The notes: a model not told the origin generated them from the sequence alone. Numbered from the stretch's first letter, positions 13,401-26,739 are shown. The stretch is 64,000 nucleotides of DNA from Nageia nagi (GCA_050084985.1 JBITNC010000001.1:145018001-145082000), one strand, 5' to 3'. Made by a program: numbers and translations.

Positions 13401-15540
13401 TCTTGCTCTTCCAAAAGATCTAGTTCCATATCTAGGTCTTTCAAGTGATCTTCCCTAGATTTACTATAGATAAGGATATCATCGAAGAACACTAGTAAAA
13501 ACTTCCTTAAATGCTCCCTAAAGACTTGGTTCATAGTGGATTGGAATGAGGCAGGGGCATTGGTGAGTTCAAAAGGCATTACCAAGAATTAAAAATGACC
13601 ATAGTGACACCTAAAAGTCATTTTGTGGATATCTTCTTCTCTAATCCTTATTTGATGATATCCGGATCTTAAATCAATTTTGGAAAAACATTTGGCCCCA
13701 TGTAGTTCATCAACCCTTGGTTTTGGATACCTATTTTTGATGTTTTTCTTGTTTAAGGCCCTATAGTCGATGCACATCCTTAAGGTTCCATCTTTTTTCT
13801 TGACTAGGACAATAGATGAGGAAAAAGGACTAGTACTAGGGCGGTCGTGACCCATGGTTATAAGTTCTTTAATGGTTCTTTCAAATTCATCTTTGTATGC
13901 TCTGGGGTGTCTATAACGAGTGATCATGATGGGTTTGGTTTCTTCTTCTAATTCAATGCAATGTTGGAAGCCCCTACTTGGTGGTAATCCTCTAGGCATT
14001 TCTCCAAAAACTTTACTATGTTTTTTCAATATAAATTGAATATTCGGATGATGGGTAAAGTGCTTGGAATATGGCATATCTTTGGACATGAAGACACTTG
14101 CAACCCATTCTATGTCATCATCTTTTTGGAGAATATTTTCCATCCGCTAGATAGATACTTGTTGAACTTTGTGATCCTTGGTTCCTTGGGGCATGATATT
14201 TTGCCCATCTTTCTCAAGCTTGAATTGGAGAGTTTGGTGATTTGTGGTGTAATCTCCCAAAGTGATCAGCCATTGTATGCCCAAGATGATGTGCGGTGGT
14301 CCTTCCAATGGAAAAACATGGAAGTCTTCTTCGATCATATGGTTCCCAAAATCTCCCTTAAGCTTTGGCATCAACTTGGTGCAAAGTACTATGCTTCCAT
14401 TTCCTGTAATCACCCCAAATTTGGGATGTGATTTGGTCTTAAACTGTCTTGGCCACGAATCTTTCATCTATGAAATTTTGAGTAGGTCCTCCATTTATGA
14501 GTGCAATGACCTTTTCTCCCATGATCTTTTTTGGCATTTTGATAGGAAAAAGTTCGTTTGGGCTGCTCAAAGTAGCTAGTGTTCCTGATTTTGGGGCTGC
14601 GCTTTAGGTGGCGTAAGAGTGATGTTTTCTCTCCATATCCTCTTCATTTGGTTCCTCTTTTTGGTTTGCGCATGGTTCTCTTGATCCCTTGTTTATCCTC
14701 TTTTGATGTGTTGTTCCTTTGTCTCACTGCCCCTTTTGACTTGTGGCTGTTATTCTCTTATGAGGGGTTTGATAAACTTCTTTTGGATCATCCTTTGGTG
14801 GTGGTAAGGTTGATGATTTGAGGGCAAGGGATTTCTTGACCGTGTCTTGCCAAGTAGGGGAGTCAAAAGCTTTGATTAAGCCTTTGTGTGGCTCCTTCAA
14901 TCCTATCCCAAAGATGGCAACTATTCTCTTTTCTGAAATGTTGGATACTCTTATTGCTATCCTTTGGAATTCTTCAACATAGGCAACTACTGTTGATATT
15001 TTCTAGAGAAAGGTTAAGTCTCTAAGAAATTCTTCTTCCCAAATCGTTCATAGATCCTTTGACTGAATTCTTTGAAAGTGACAATGTGTTCATGGCCCAA
15101 AGTGGTGAGGTCGTTGTACCACCATTCATGTGCTATGTTGTCAAGGTGGAGGGAAGCATATTTTATTGTGTCCTTCTCACTCATTGGATGAAGAGTGAAG
15201 TAGGTTCTCAACTTTTGTAGCCATGCTTCGATGGAGATGTTGCTTCCATTGAATATGGGTACTTGCAATTGCTTGTAATACTTGCTTCTTTTATCAATCT
15301 TCTTCTCAAAAAACTTCAAATAACTCTGAAATGAAACTGCTTGTATAAATTCATTGCTCTTTGCTTGGTATTATGCGAAGTAGACGTCCATCCTAATGCT
15401 GGAATTTGAGTTGCTTTCTTGCTCTTGTAAGAATAGGGGTGATGGGCAAGCAACAACCTTCTTTATGGCTCTATCTTCTTGCCAATGCATGGATGACTCT
15501 GATTCTTCTTGATGGGGCTAAGAGTGCTCATCTACCTTGC
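10496..15540 (-). pseudogene. gag-pol of element A (gag, protease, RT, RNase H, integrase, chromodomain), broken by stops and frameshifts
   Basis: AWLQKLRTYF (gag); IILGIQWL (PR); [34 protein letters not shown] (RT); DCDASSMGIGAIL (RH); STSYHPQTNGQT, GPYQV (INT); PEAILEKR..EYQIKRKGLPIEDAT (chromodomain). Confidence 0.92.
11980..12735 (-). mobile_element. Element E: solo LTR (~756 bp) inserted at the RNase H/integrase junction of A
   Basis: Splits the KENSAANA|LSR motif. TG...GATTACA termini; 5-bp TSD of correct length but degenerate (GAAAG/AAATG); reverse-strand TATA at ~12535-12545. Confidence 0.75.
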
Positions 15541-16854
15541 TAACCAAGTACGGGGAATAAGACTAACACACTAATTCCCTAATATCCCAAGATTATAGAA
15601 AGCTCACTCTAAACATCAACTAACCAAGCATAGTAATATGATAACAATCTGGTGACACAAGTGATTATATTGGTTCCTCCCACAAGGGTGAGAGTATTCC
15701 TCTCTTAATGCTAGAATCCTTTACTTCTCAAGATAACTCTTACAATGCTAAGAAGCTTTTCCTCTCCCTATCTTCTCTAAAAACTAAGAGCATTTCTCTA
15801 CAACAAACTTTAGTTATGGGAAACCCTCATAGGAGAAATCCATACTTTGAGTCACCCTAATATCCAAGGTGTACACTAAGACCCAATGGACAAACTTTTC
15901 CTTTATCCTAGGGATAAGTGTAAAATCCCAATTAATTCTCCAACGCAAATATTAGCCAAACAATAAATAATAGATATTAAATTATGCTCCCAGGCATGCC
16001 ACAAACTGATCTAGGGCATCAAACATGTACTAAAATGTGTCAGAAATCCCAACAACTTACTCTACTAGCCAAATAACACCTAAATTGCCCAATGTCATAC
16101 ACAAGGAATCAAAATTACATTCAGCGCACCAAAATATGAGACAAGACTGGGAGATCAAGTGTGCCAATGCTTCATTATTAGAGAAATGATGAGTACAAGC
16201 AATACCAGGCCCTCAAGGGCTCAACGTCGGCCTCTAAGGAGCCAACTTGGGCACACCAATGAGCAAATCGGATCATTGATGCAGATATGTTGCAAAACAA
16301 TCACACTCTACCAAATTTGTGGATGCCTTACTGAAGGGCTTCCTCACAGGCCCAACGTCTAGGGGTCATACATGCCCAACGTGGGTGTCTAGGGGTCATA
16401 CATGCCCAACGTGGGTGTCTAGGAGTCATACATGCCCAACATGGATTCCTTGGTGTCATGTATGCTCAATGTGGGGTTCTAGGTGTCATTATGGGCCAAC
16501 GTGGGAGTCTAGGTGTCATTATGGGCCAACGTGGGGGTCTAGGAGTCTCCCCAAGAGTGGCGAAGGTGTACAAGTGAAATAATGCTTCCCAAGTCTAACG
16601 TTGGGGTTATAGGTGACCATCCATGCTAACATGCCATCGTAGGTGTTAACAAGACTTGGGATTCCCATAATCATCTTTAGGATCTCCAAGTGCATAAATA
16701 AATAATAAAACAACTCATCCTATGCTTGGGAGGAAAACGTCCCACTTTAGGGCTCACAATGTGGGTCCGATGGACCATTACTTTTCTATCCCAAGTAACT
16801 AATAATGCAAAAATAAAAGTTTTACAAAGGTAACACCTAGGATCCCAAATTTAC

Positions 16855-19800
16855 TTAATTTTGTTTAAAAAGGGATGTTACAAAGCTTCCCCTCTCAAAT
16901 TGCTTGCCCTCAAGCGATTGTAAAATGCCAGAAAGAATTGTCTTCCCAACATCCTTTGGTACAAATGCATGCATCAACTGAAATGTCTTTAGGTGGAATG
17001 CAACTTCAATATATCCCATCGATAAATCATCCAATGAACTCCATGTAACAGCCGTTGGATCAGCTATTTTTGTAACAATACTTTCACTTCTTTGGATGGA
17101 GAAAAAAGTATCCCTCAATTCTGAAATATGAAAGCAATGTGCAGCCCTTCTTTTGAAACTATTTTCAGCCATATTAGTGATGGAAAAGATACATGACAGG
17201 TCTGAAATATTAGTGCAATTTAAATCAGCCTTCTTCATGTAATTTTGGTCTCTATGTATTGCATGCAAAAATTCTGATATCAGAATGAAGTTTTTCGTAT
17301 CAAGAGCAATCCACATTAAGCACAAAAATGCATTCTTGAACCCATAATTTGCATGCAAAAATTCTGATATAGCAATCCACATTAAGTACAAAAATGCAGC
17401 CTTGATCAATTGCAAGAAATCTGAAATGATGTAATCATGAGCTAGGATATGGGAGAGTACGTTGCCCCTCATTTGTTCAACTTCTTTAAAACATGATAAT
17501 CTTTCCTGCAAAAACACAATCAGAAATAAAAGTGAGCGGAAATAAGTGGGACTCTTGTTCCAAAATGAGGGCCAAGTCCTTCTTAGGCCCAACATTTCTT
17601 CTTCTTGTTGTCTTGGTTCCCATTTCTCATCATTTCTTGGCCAAATCACTTCCATTTTTTTATTTGTTACTTGGGGGCAATCTTCTTTAATTCCTCGCAA
17701 GGTGTGAGCTTTACTATCAACCTGAAAACTCATAGTTAAATTTCTGTAATTGGTGTGAATATCACCCAATTCAAGCAACCATTGTACTCCCAAAATCATA
17801 TGTGATCCAAAATTTGGATCCCTTCGACATTCAGTAATCTCCATTTCAGTGTGTTCATTGTGATCGACTTGTCTTCAGCTTTCCGACGCTTCTTTCGGAT
17901 CGTGAATCCGAGTCCGTATGTGGAAGTTATGATATTAATACCGTTTGTGTATTTTGAAAAAAAAAGGATTAAAAAATATATATATATATATTTTGGTGGG
18001 ACCCGTCGGACCACGTAGGAGGAGATGAAGTTGACCAGGCCTGCGTGGAGCCCGGTTGATTGCGAGACCGTTCGCCTGCCACCGTGGAAATCCGCCTGCC
18101 GCCGTGGAGGAGTTTGACTGCGTTTTGACCAAGCTGCCCACATTGAAGCCGTGACCGCAAGCCAGACCGCTAGCCAAGCTGCCCACACCAGCCAAGCCGC
18201 CGATCAACAGGAGGTTGACTTCCTCCCAGAATGCGCCACGTGTCATCACCACAGTGCACCCGCCCAATGTTAGGTTTTTTTAATGTATTTTTGGTGTTTT
18301 CAAAGGTTTATGGTGATTTTTAATTCACTTAAGGTCCTATTATTAGGCTGAGTTCATTCTGTCAGCCTGAAACAATCCAGTGAGCGTATTATTTTGATTT
18401 CAGAGTTCATTTTGGGGAGATTTTTACAACCATTTGAGCCCAAATTTGACAGGAAGATCAAGGAGGTTAATGGGTATCTGAAAATAGGTTTTGTATGGAA
18501 TTTCCTAGTTGTAATACTCTCCAATTTTAGTCCCCAAAATTGTATAAAAGGGGAGCAAATTGGACGTGAGAAAGAAGGAGGATTTCAGGAAAGTTGTTTT
18601 TAGTTCTTGTTGTGATTTTCAAAGCTGTGAGTGTGTTGTGAATGTGAGAGGAGGTTTTGAAGGACCATGGAGGCCTTGTAAAGTGATTCCACCCACTGAT
18701 AGTAGAGAGCTTTTGAGCTGGATGTAGCCCACACTGGGTGAACCAGGATAATTTTGCTTGTCTCTTTCTATGGTGAATGCTTTTCTCTTCTCTGTGTTTA
18801 CAATTTCTTTCCTGATTTTCCTTTACAAGCACTTAATTGTTTTAAGTGTGAATTGATCCTAAGAAAAGGTTAAATTGAAATTTTAATCTTATTGTTTATG
18901 GATCAATATGAGGATGGCCATCGAGAGGATACACATAGAAGTTTTCTCTAGCAGTATAGTTTTGCAATCTTACCCCAAAATTTTCAACCACTTTATCCAC
19001 ACGAGTAAGTTTCCCATTAGCATTAGAAATTCTAAACACTTCAAAACTTTTAGTCTTAGTTCCTCTATTGCTTACATAGTTTTCATTAATGAATTTATGA
19101 GTAGCACCAAGATCTATTAGAACCATTACCTCTTGTCCTCTTGCTTGTCCAATCTCCTTCAAGGTGAAATACTTTGGTGCCCCATTAAGGGAAGCAATCA
19201 TGCTTCCAAGGGATACCTCTTCTTTGGGGTGGTCCACCTATTCCAAAACGTCACTATCAAACTCCAAATCTGAACTATCCTCATAATGAGGAAGGAATTC
19301 AATGTAGTGCACTTGCCCTTTGCCTTGACAACTATGCTCTGGTTCCCACGGTTTCTTGCAGTGGAAACATTTTCCTTCTTGCCTCAATTTCTTCCTAGTA
19401 GTTGTGTCCAGTTGATTGGTTCTTGGTGGGAAAAATGTCTTTGGTTTGCTTGTCACCTCTTTCTCCACTGCAGATTTCCTTGCAACATACCCTTTGTGCG
19501 TTTGGGTACATTTAAGGGTAGTCATAATGGGTTCCAATTCATAGGCTGCTCTTATTGCATCATCTAGAGTTTTTGGCATTGAAATTTTCACCATCCCTTG
19601 TAGAGGTTCCATCAAGCCCTCTACAAAAATAAAAGTCAGCCTTTCCTTTGAAATATTATGAATCATTAATATTATTTTCTGAAATATAATCATCAACCGT
19701 TCCTTGTTGTTTTAGAGATGTGAGCTCTCTAAAATGATCATTTTCCTTCTTCCTGTCAAAATGTTTCGCCAATTTTCTAGCAAATTCATTAAAAGAAGAA

Positions 19801-20762
19801 ATATGAGAATAGTATTGGCTAATCACCCTATGCTGCCACCACTTAAGAGCATATCCCTCAAAATGCAACAATGCAAAATGGATGGCATCTTCTTTGATCA
19901 TGTTGGGGCTTAGGGTGAAGTATGTATGGAGTTGATGTAGCCATGCCCTAGTCGTCATCTTTTTTCCATCATACATGAGTACCTACATTTTATTTATCTT
20001 TTGCTGCAAGTCCTTATCACCCCATGAATTTCCTTAAGAATGGGTGCCATGAGAATTACTTTCTTTCAAACCCAATAATTCTAAATACTATTGAAATGCA
20101 CATATTTTCTCAATTCTGAATCAAGCATGGAATAATCTTTAAAAATCTAATTTAATTCAAGAGGTTTTGGGACCCAATTTTTTACCTCATTTGAAGATCT
20201 TTTTGCAAAAATGGGCTTAGGCGGCCTAGGAATAATTGGGGCTCTTCTATCTTTCCAACGTCCTCATCCAAGAAACCTTCCCAATAGAGGCTTTGTCCCA
20301 TGTGGTGATCTATAGAGTGGGATCTCATAAATGCATGCTCCTGGTGACTCATTGACCCATGATGAGTGGATCCTCTATCTCTCAAACTATGCTATCTTTT
20401 GCTCCTTTCCTCTTCTCTTGGATCATCCTCATCATCTGGAATGGAACGTGGGGGACTAGGATTCCTCACGTTTCCTTTTGGAGCTTTTTCTTTCCCGAAC
20501 CAAGCATCCATCTTGGCCATTTGGTTCTACACCACCTCAATCATGTTCTTCATAGCTGTAAGGAGCTCATTAAATTTCCTTTCGGGCATGGATTCTCTAG
20601 GTTGTGTAGGGCTCCTTCTTTTGGATGGAGGAAATCTACCTCTTCTGGCCGAATTTCCTTCACCATAATGCTCTTAATCCTGGACGTCTTCCATCCAAGG
20701 GCCATGAGCCTCATTTTGAACGGATCTAGCTGGGGTTTCTTCTTGCAATATCCCCTTACCAC
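16855..20762 (-). pseudogene. Gag-protease-X polyprotein of element C (X is non-pol sequence with PPR-like end), interrupted by solo LTR D
   Basis: Gag (AWLHQLHTYFTL, CFHCKKPWEPEHSC) and PR (VLIDLGATH...HPH). Removing D and one TSD copy restores HPHMILGVQWL in frame with the open 16855-17800 frame, which ends LEGKQFERGSFVTSLFKQN across the PPT/LTR. Confidence 0.85.
17803..18905 (+). mobile_element. Element D: solo LTR (1103 bp) inserted in the protease of C
   Basis: TGATCCA...TGGATCA termini; exact TSD ATATG (17798-17802, 18906-18910); TATAAAAGG at ~18544; GC-rich interior at 18000-18270. Confidence 0.9.
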
Positions 20763-22374
20763 TTTTCTTTGCTAAAGCCATCTCGCCCTTGGCGCTAGTT
20801 CTGGTATAATAACTATGAATTGTTGGTCTCATTCACAGGTTGGACAGATCAACCTCTGACACCACTGTAAAATCCTAATTAAGTCTCCAATGCAAATATT
20901 AGCCAAACAATAAATAATAAATATCAAATTATGCTCCCAAGCATGTCACAAACTGATCTAGAGCATCAAACATGTACTAAAATGTGCTAGAAATCCCAAT
21001 GATTCACTCTACTATCCAAAATACACCTCAATTGCCCAACGTCACACACAAGGAAGCAAGATTACATGAAACACACAAAAATATGAGACAATAATGGGAG
21101 ATCAAGTGTGCCAATGCTTCATTAATAGAGAAATGATAAGTACAAGCAATACCAGGCTCTCAAAGGCTCAACGTTGGTCTCCAAGGAGCCAACTAGGGCA
21201 CACCAATGAGCAAATTGGATCATTGATGCAAATATGTTGAAAAACAATCACACTCTACCAAATCTATGGACGCCTCAATGAAGGACTTAATCACAAGATA
21301 GCTCCCAACGAAGAGAACAAGTGCAATTCCGGCATGCCACCGGATGGATTCAAAGATGTTGACCGCTATAAACGCCTTAGGGTAGGGCAATCTCACAGCA
21401 CGAACAATTGCCTCGACCGCTAGTCAGAAGGTGTTCTAAGCCTCCTGGACTCTCCCTGGTATACACGCCCAAGGGTTCTTGAGGCTGCCAAGTCTTTGAT
21501 AACGCCAAAGAGAAGAAGGGGTTTCAATATCAAAATTAACATATCTCTGCAATGATGCTCCAATGCCTTTATAGCATTTCCTAGATGTGGATCTCACCTA
21601 GAAGTCATCACTCATCCTCCAAATCCAACGTTAGCCTCTTAGAGGCTCCCAAATGTCCAACGTAGGTATCTAGGATTCATAACATGCCCAATGTGGGTGT
21701 CTAGGGGTCATCCATGCCCAACATGGGTGTCTAGGAGTCATACATGCCCAACGTGGGCGTCTAGGAGTCATACATGCCCAACGTGGATTTCTTGGTGTCA
21801 TGCATGCTCAACGTGGGAGTCTAGGTGTCATTATGGGCCAACGTGGGGGTCTAGGAGTCTCCCCAAGAGTGGCAAAGGTGTACAAGTGAAATAATGCTTC
21901 CCAAGTCTAACGTTGGGGTTATAGGTGACCATCCATGCTAACATGCCATCCTAGGTGTCATACAAGACTTGGGATTCCCACAATCATCTTTAGGATCTCC
22001 AAGTGCATAAATAAATAATAAAACAACTCATCCTATGCTTGGGAGGAAAACGCCCCACTTTGGGGCTCACAGTGTGGGTATGATGGACCATTACTTTTCT
22101 ATCCCAAGTAACTAATAATGCAAAAACAAAGTATTTAGAAAGGGAAAACCTAGGATCCCAAATTTACTTAATTTTGTTCAAAAAAGAATGTTACGATAAG
22201 CATGCCTTACAAGTGGGTTGTGCGGGGGCCAACTCTCCTTAATTCTTTATTACCTTAAATATTTGGGAAATTATTTAAGTGAATAATATTAGGAAGGTTA
22301 CATTCTTACTAGATGCCTAACACAATATGGATTATACATTCTAACACTCCCCCTTAACGCAATATTGGGGGGTA

Positions 22375-22479
<105 letters not shown>

Positions 22480-25279
22480 CCTTCAAATAGATACAAGTGG
22501 AGATGAGAACTTTTCCATCATTGAGAAGTAACAAGATCCTAAACAAGGCTCACTAATTTACCATTTAACAATGATTTATAATACAATCATTAACCACAAC
22601 TGGTTTTACTGTACAAAGAAGTCATTCAACAACAAGTTGACATGATGACCCTCCATGAGCTTGCCCACTCGAAGTTGGTAACCTACACTTTTAAGAAGAA
22701 ACCTACAAGCTACAAGCAACTCATAAACAAGATCAGTCAGATGCATTATAAACATTCATATCAACATAAAATAGATAAATCAAGTAATGCCTTTCATAAA
22801 CTAATCAATGGTGCACTATAAGTTATCATGAAGATGCCAAGACAATGTTTTTAATGTCACCTGCTATATAAAAACATGTGTTTATCAATATAAAAAAATA
22901 GAGCATAAGCACATACGAGTTCCTCACATATGGACAACTAAACAATGCCAAAAAGCATATACAAGTTTCTCACATATGGATAACTGAAACAGTGCTAGCA
23001 GAAGCCATCATATGCTCACAAATGTACAACTAATTGCTCACACAAAGCGAACTAACCACGAAGGCGTACACAAAAAGATCAACACTATACAATCATAAAT
23101 CTTCCTAGGGATGAAGTTGTCATCACAGACATGAATTTAACCTCTACTCCCTCTAGAGGGCAACTTCACCAACCCAATAGACTCCTTAAGCTTGCAAAAC
23201 TAAGCTTTAGGAAGAGTCTTGGTGAACAAATCAGCAGAGTTTAGAATTGATGGACAATACTGCAATTGTAGGATACCATCCAAAACCTTCTCCCTGATAA
23301 AATGTGCTTGGATTTCAAAATGTTTTGTTCTCTGATGGAAAAGACAGGGTTTTTTTTGCCAAAGCAATAGCCGACTGATTATCCAAAGAAATCTGAGAGG
23401 GGTGAGGTTGCTTATATCCAATTTCTTTCAGAAGATGCCTCAACCAAATAGCTTCCTGGGTCGTGACTGACATGCCTCGATGTTCTACCTTTGTGGTGAA
23501 GAGAGCGATAGTAGGCTGCTTCTTGGAAACCCAAGAGATAGCCTCTGAACCAATGCTAAACACATAAGCAGAGGTTGATTTCTTATCATCTCAATCTTCC
23601 CCATAATTAGAATCTGAGTACCCTGAGAGAACATACAAGGGAAACTTGGAATACTTGAGAGCAAGGTCCTTCATTCCCACAACATACCTCAAGATTTGCT
23701 TAACAACATTTAGGTGCTCAACATTTAGTTTTTTCCATAAACCATGCCATAAGTTTTACTGGAAAGGCAATATCTAGCTTGGAGATAGTCAATGAAGAAG
23801 ATTGCTAATTAGTTCTCTGTAAGACGAAGCATCTACCATCTAAGAGTTGGAGCTAAGAGCCAAAGAGATTTCAGGAGAGACAGGGATCGCAGCAGGTTTG
23901 CACTCTTCCATTCCAAACTTTTGCAATATATCTGATATGTACATGGATTGATTGAGTTAAGTACAATCCTTGTATCAATACACTTACATACCAAGGTAGT
24001 AGTGCAAGAGGCCGAGATTAGCATCTGAGAAGCACTTAGAAACCTCATTGTCGTCAAAGTATCTTGAAATCTCATTGTACCAAGCTCTAGGTGCTTTCTT
24101 AATTCCATACAAAGACTCTTTTAGCTTGCAGACAAGGGACTCTTTGCCTTCCACAACAAACCCTTCTGGTTGATTCATGTAGATCTCCATATCTAAGTCA
24201 CCATGTGTAACTGGAGAGTTATCAAGATCATCCAGGTCCTCACAAGAAGAAGATTCCTTAGGAAGTTCATTGAACTTTACATCTCTCGAGACAAACACTG
24301 CTCTTGAGGAAGGAGAGCAAATCCTGTAGCCTCTGTGCTATCATAAGCACAAAAATGCACTTTTTGGGTCTCTTGTCAAACTTTCTTTTCTCAAAAATAA
24401 TAAAGGCATAGGCATTACACCCCATTTCCTGAATGGTTCTATTCTTTCTTTCGGCAACACCGTTTTGCTAAAGGGTGTAAGGAATCATGAACTGCTTCTT
24501 GATCCCGTATTTGGCACAATAGTCATTGAACTCATCATTGTATTCACCCCATTATTTCATCTCAGCACCTTGAAATCAATTTGATATCCATTAAGGCCTT
24601 AACCTCGTTGAATCAATCAACTGTTTGATCCTTGTGCTCAAGAAGGTAACCAAATGTCATTCTACCTAATTCATCAATGAAGGTTAGGATATAAGAAGCT
24701 TCCCCAAGTGACTATGTCTGAAATGGACCCATCAAATCAAAATGAACCAATTGAAAAGGTTGGGAAGCCTTTGTTTTCTTATCCTTTTTCAATTTATACC
24801 TTTGTACCTATAGGTTAACACAAGGATTTGATTCTGCATAAGTTGTAGGCTCCTATAGGATAACTATTTATGGTTAAGCATACTTTGTAAGGTCAAACTA
24901 TTTTGCCATTACAAACTTCCAATCTCATAGTCAATTAAGCACTACATTGTCCCAAACAACTAATAAACCAATCTTGAGAGAAGTTGCAAATGCATATAAT
25001 TCAATCGCTAAAGTACTTAGAATACTACCTTGACCCTAAAAAAGATCATAAGCTATGCATAAACAAATGCCACATTTATTATGCCTCAAACAAACCACCA
25101 ACAATGCTATCTTGACCATGCTACTAGTCAAGATACATATGATGGATGAAGGTAGCATTAATCCATTAACATGGATTCAACTTCCATCAATGCATAGTCA
25201 TACTTCAACAATGGAAGCAACGTGGCTTCAATCCATAAGGGATTAACTTTCCAATAATGGAAGTAAAGTGTCATAAATT

Positions 25280-25500
25280 TAGTTGCAATTTTGGAGAAGG
25301 GCGAGCCTTTTGAACCACTCCAACAATTTGCAACTTTGGAGAAGGGCAAAGCTTTTTAACCACTCCAACAAATTGTAATCATGAAGAAGGACAAATGTTT
25401 TTAACCACTCCAATATATTGTAATCATGGAGAAGGGCGAACCTTTTTAACCACTCCAATAGATTGTAATCATGGAGAAGGGCGAACCTTTTTAACCAATC
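25280..25500. repeat. Five 45-bp tandem repeats in the leader of B
   Basis: GAAGGGCGAACCTTTTTAACCACTCCAA recurs with a 45-bp period; this explains the 15-aa repeat ORF 25279-25506. Confidence 0.9.
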
Positions 25501-25749
25501 CATCAATTAAAACTTTATAGTAAAGGTCAGGAACATAAACTTTAAGGCCTGAGAAAGAATACATTCCTACCACTCTTTCCCTTGGGATATAGACACGGTT
25601 GGAACTAGAAATCTCGGCTTTACTCCAACAACCTCGGATTCGGCCCACCTTGCATAGCAATTCAATCTTTTACCAATAGTGGCTAGGGGCCCTCTACCAT
25701 TATCAATCATTGCGCGCACCACTTATAAATATTGTCGCTATGCTACCTA

Positions 25750-26225
25750 GGAAGAAGCAAAATTCTATGATGAGCGGAGACAACAAGCTTGTTTAGTGAA
25801 GTACCAATAATAGGGAATACACAAAGGTGAAAGAATATGCAAGGCTAGGGATATTTTTTGACAAGATGCCTATGTAGACACAACTGCATGGTCAAGATGC
25901 AACTATCAGCTATAAAGCCAAATTGTGCAACTTTTGCCAGCGTTCTCCCAACATAAGCAACCATGGAACTAAGAATACGTAATAGAAATCCATCGAAGAG
26001 CAGTTGAAAAAAAGGTTTGCATCAAATGTTGTGGTTGTAGGTGCCTTGATAGACATTATACAAAGAAGTGTATGGCCAAGGTGCAGGGTTTATATGACAA
26101 GATGCAATTACAAACACAATTTCCCAAACAACAGCAATAGTGCAACCAAATCAATTCACCTTTCCTAGCGGCCTCAAAATATGCACCAAACTGGGAGATT
26201 TGCAAGGGGCGAGATGGATGATGTA
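25750..26225 (+). pseudogene. PLS-class PPR gene fragment inside the leader of Copia B (antisense to the element)
   Basis: With frameshifts: RICKARDIFDKMP; MQLSAIKPNCATFASVLPT*ATM (ATG at 25897); IEIHRRAVE..FASNVVVVGALIDI; LYDKMQ; VQPNQFTFPSGLKICTKLGDLQG. These are typical P/L/S motif strings. Confidence 0.85.
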
Positions 26226-26739
26226 CAGTTTCATGTGCTGCAATGGATTGCCCCCCTTTGCCCCCCCAAAAAAAAGAAGTAAAAAAAATGTTCCAAAAAC
26301 AAAAAAAAAATGAACCTTGGAAAATCATTTTAAGGTAACATGTAGCTTTTAATATTGCCTTTTAAAACTGCAATTTTTTTTGGTAAAGGCCTCTCCTCTT
26401 CTTTTGATTTAAACATTTTTTGTATTTTAGTCAAAATAGAAAATTGTACATCTTATAAACTAGGTAACTTCCTTTTGTAAATAAAATTGCAAAATTTTCA
26501 TCTAAAAACACAATATATTATTGCTACTATAATACTTTTTTTTTTTTAAATGGTAACTAACAAATTGTTAGTGTAGAGACATATAGCAATAATATATTGT
26601 AGAAAAAAAATCTTAGTATCATGCGGTAAAAAAAAAAACTTGAAAGAAAGTTATACCTTCAAGTGTTTTTACCTCACCAAAAATGATGGAAGGAGTAGGA
26701 TGTTGAAGAGTAGCCTTCATATGAAGCTTTGATACCAAA

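Larger units (their letters stand above)
15919..22195 (-). mobile_element. Element C: non-autonomous chromovirus-derived Gypsy (gag and protease, no RT/RH/INT) inserted in the 3' LTR of B
   Basis: LTRs 15919-16882 and 20866-22195; exact TSD ATAAG (15914-15918, 22196-22200); PBS complement CTCTGACACCA at 20854-20864; PPT complement at ~16885-16896. Confidence 0.92.

Noticed and set aside
16319-16582. Cys/His-rich repeat ORFs (also 21691-21894 and 584-811)
   Set aside because: These are by-products of 30-bp tandem repeats inside LTRs.
17796-18267. Overlapping GC-rich ORFs suggesting a gene or CpG island
   Set aside because: They lie wholly inside TSD-bounded solo LTR D.
25279-25506. 15-aa repeat ORF or CRISPR-like array
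   Set aside because: It is a contiguous 45-bp minisatellite without unique spacers, in a eukaryotic retroelement leader.
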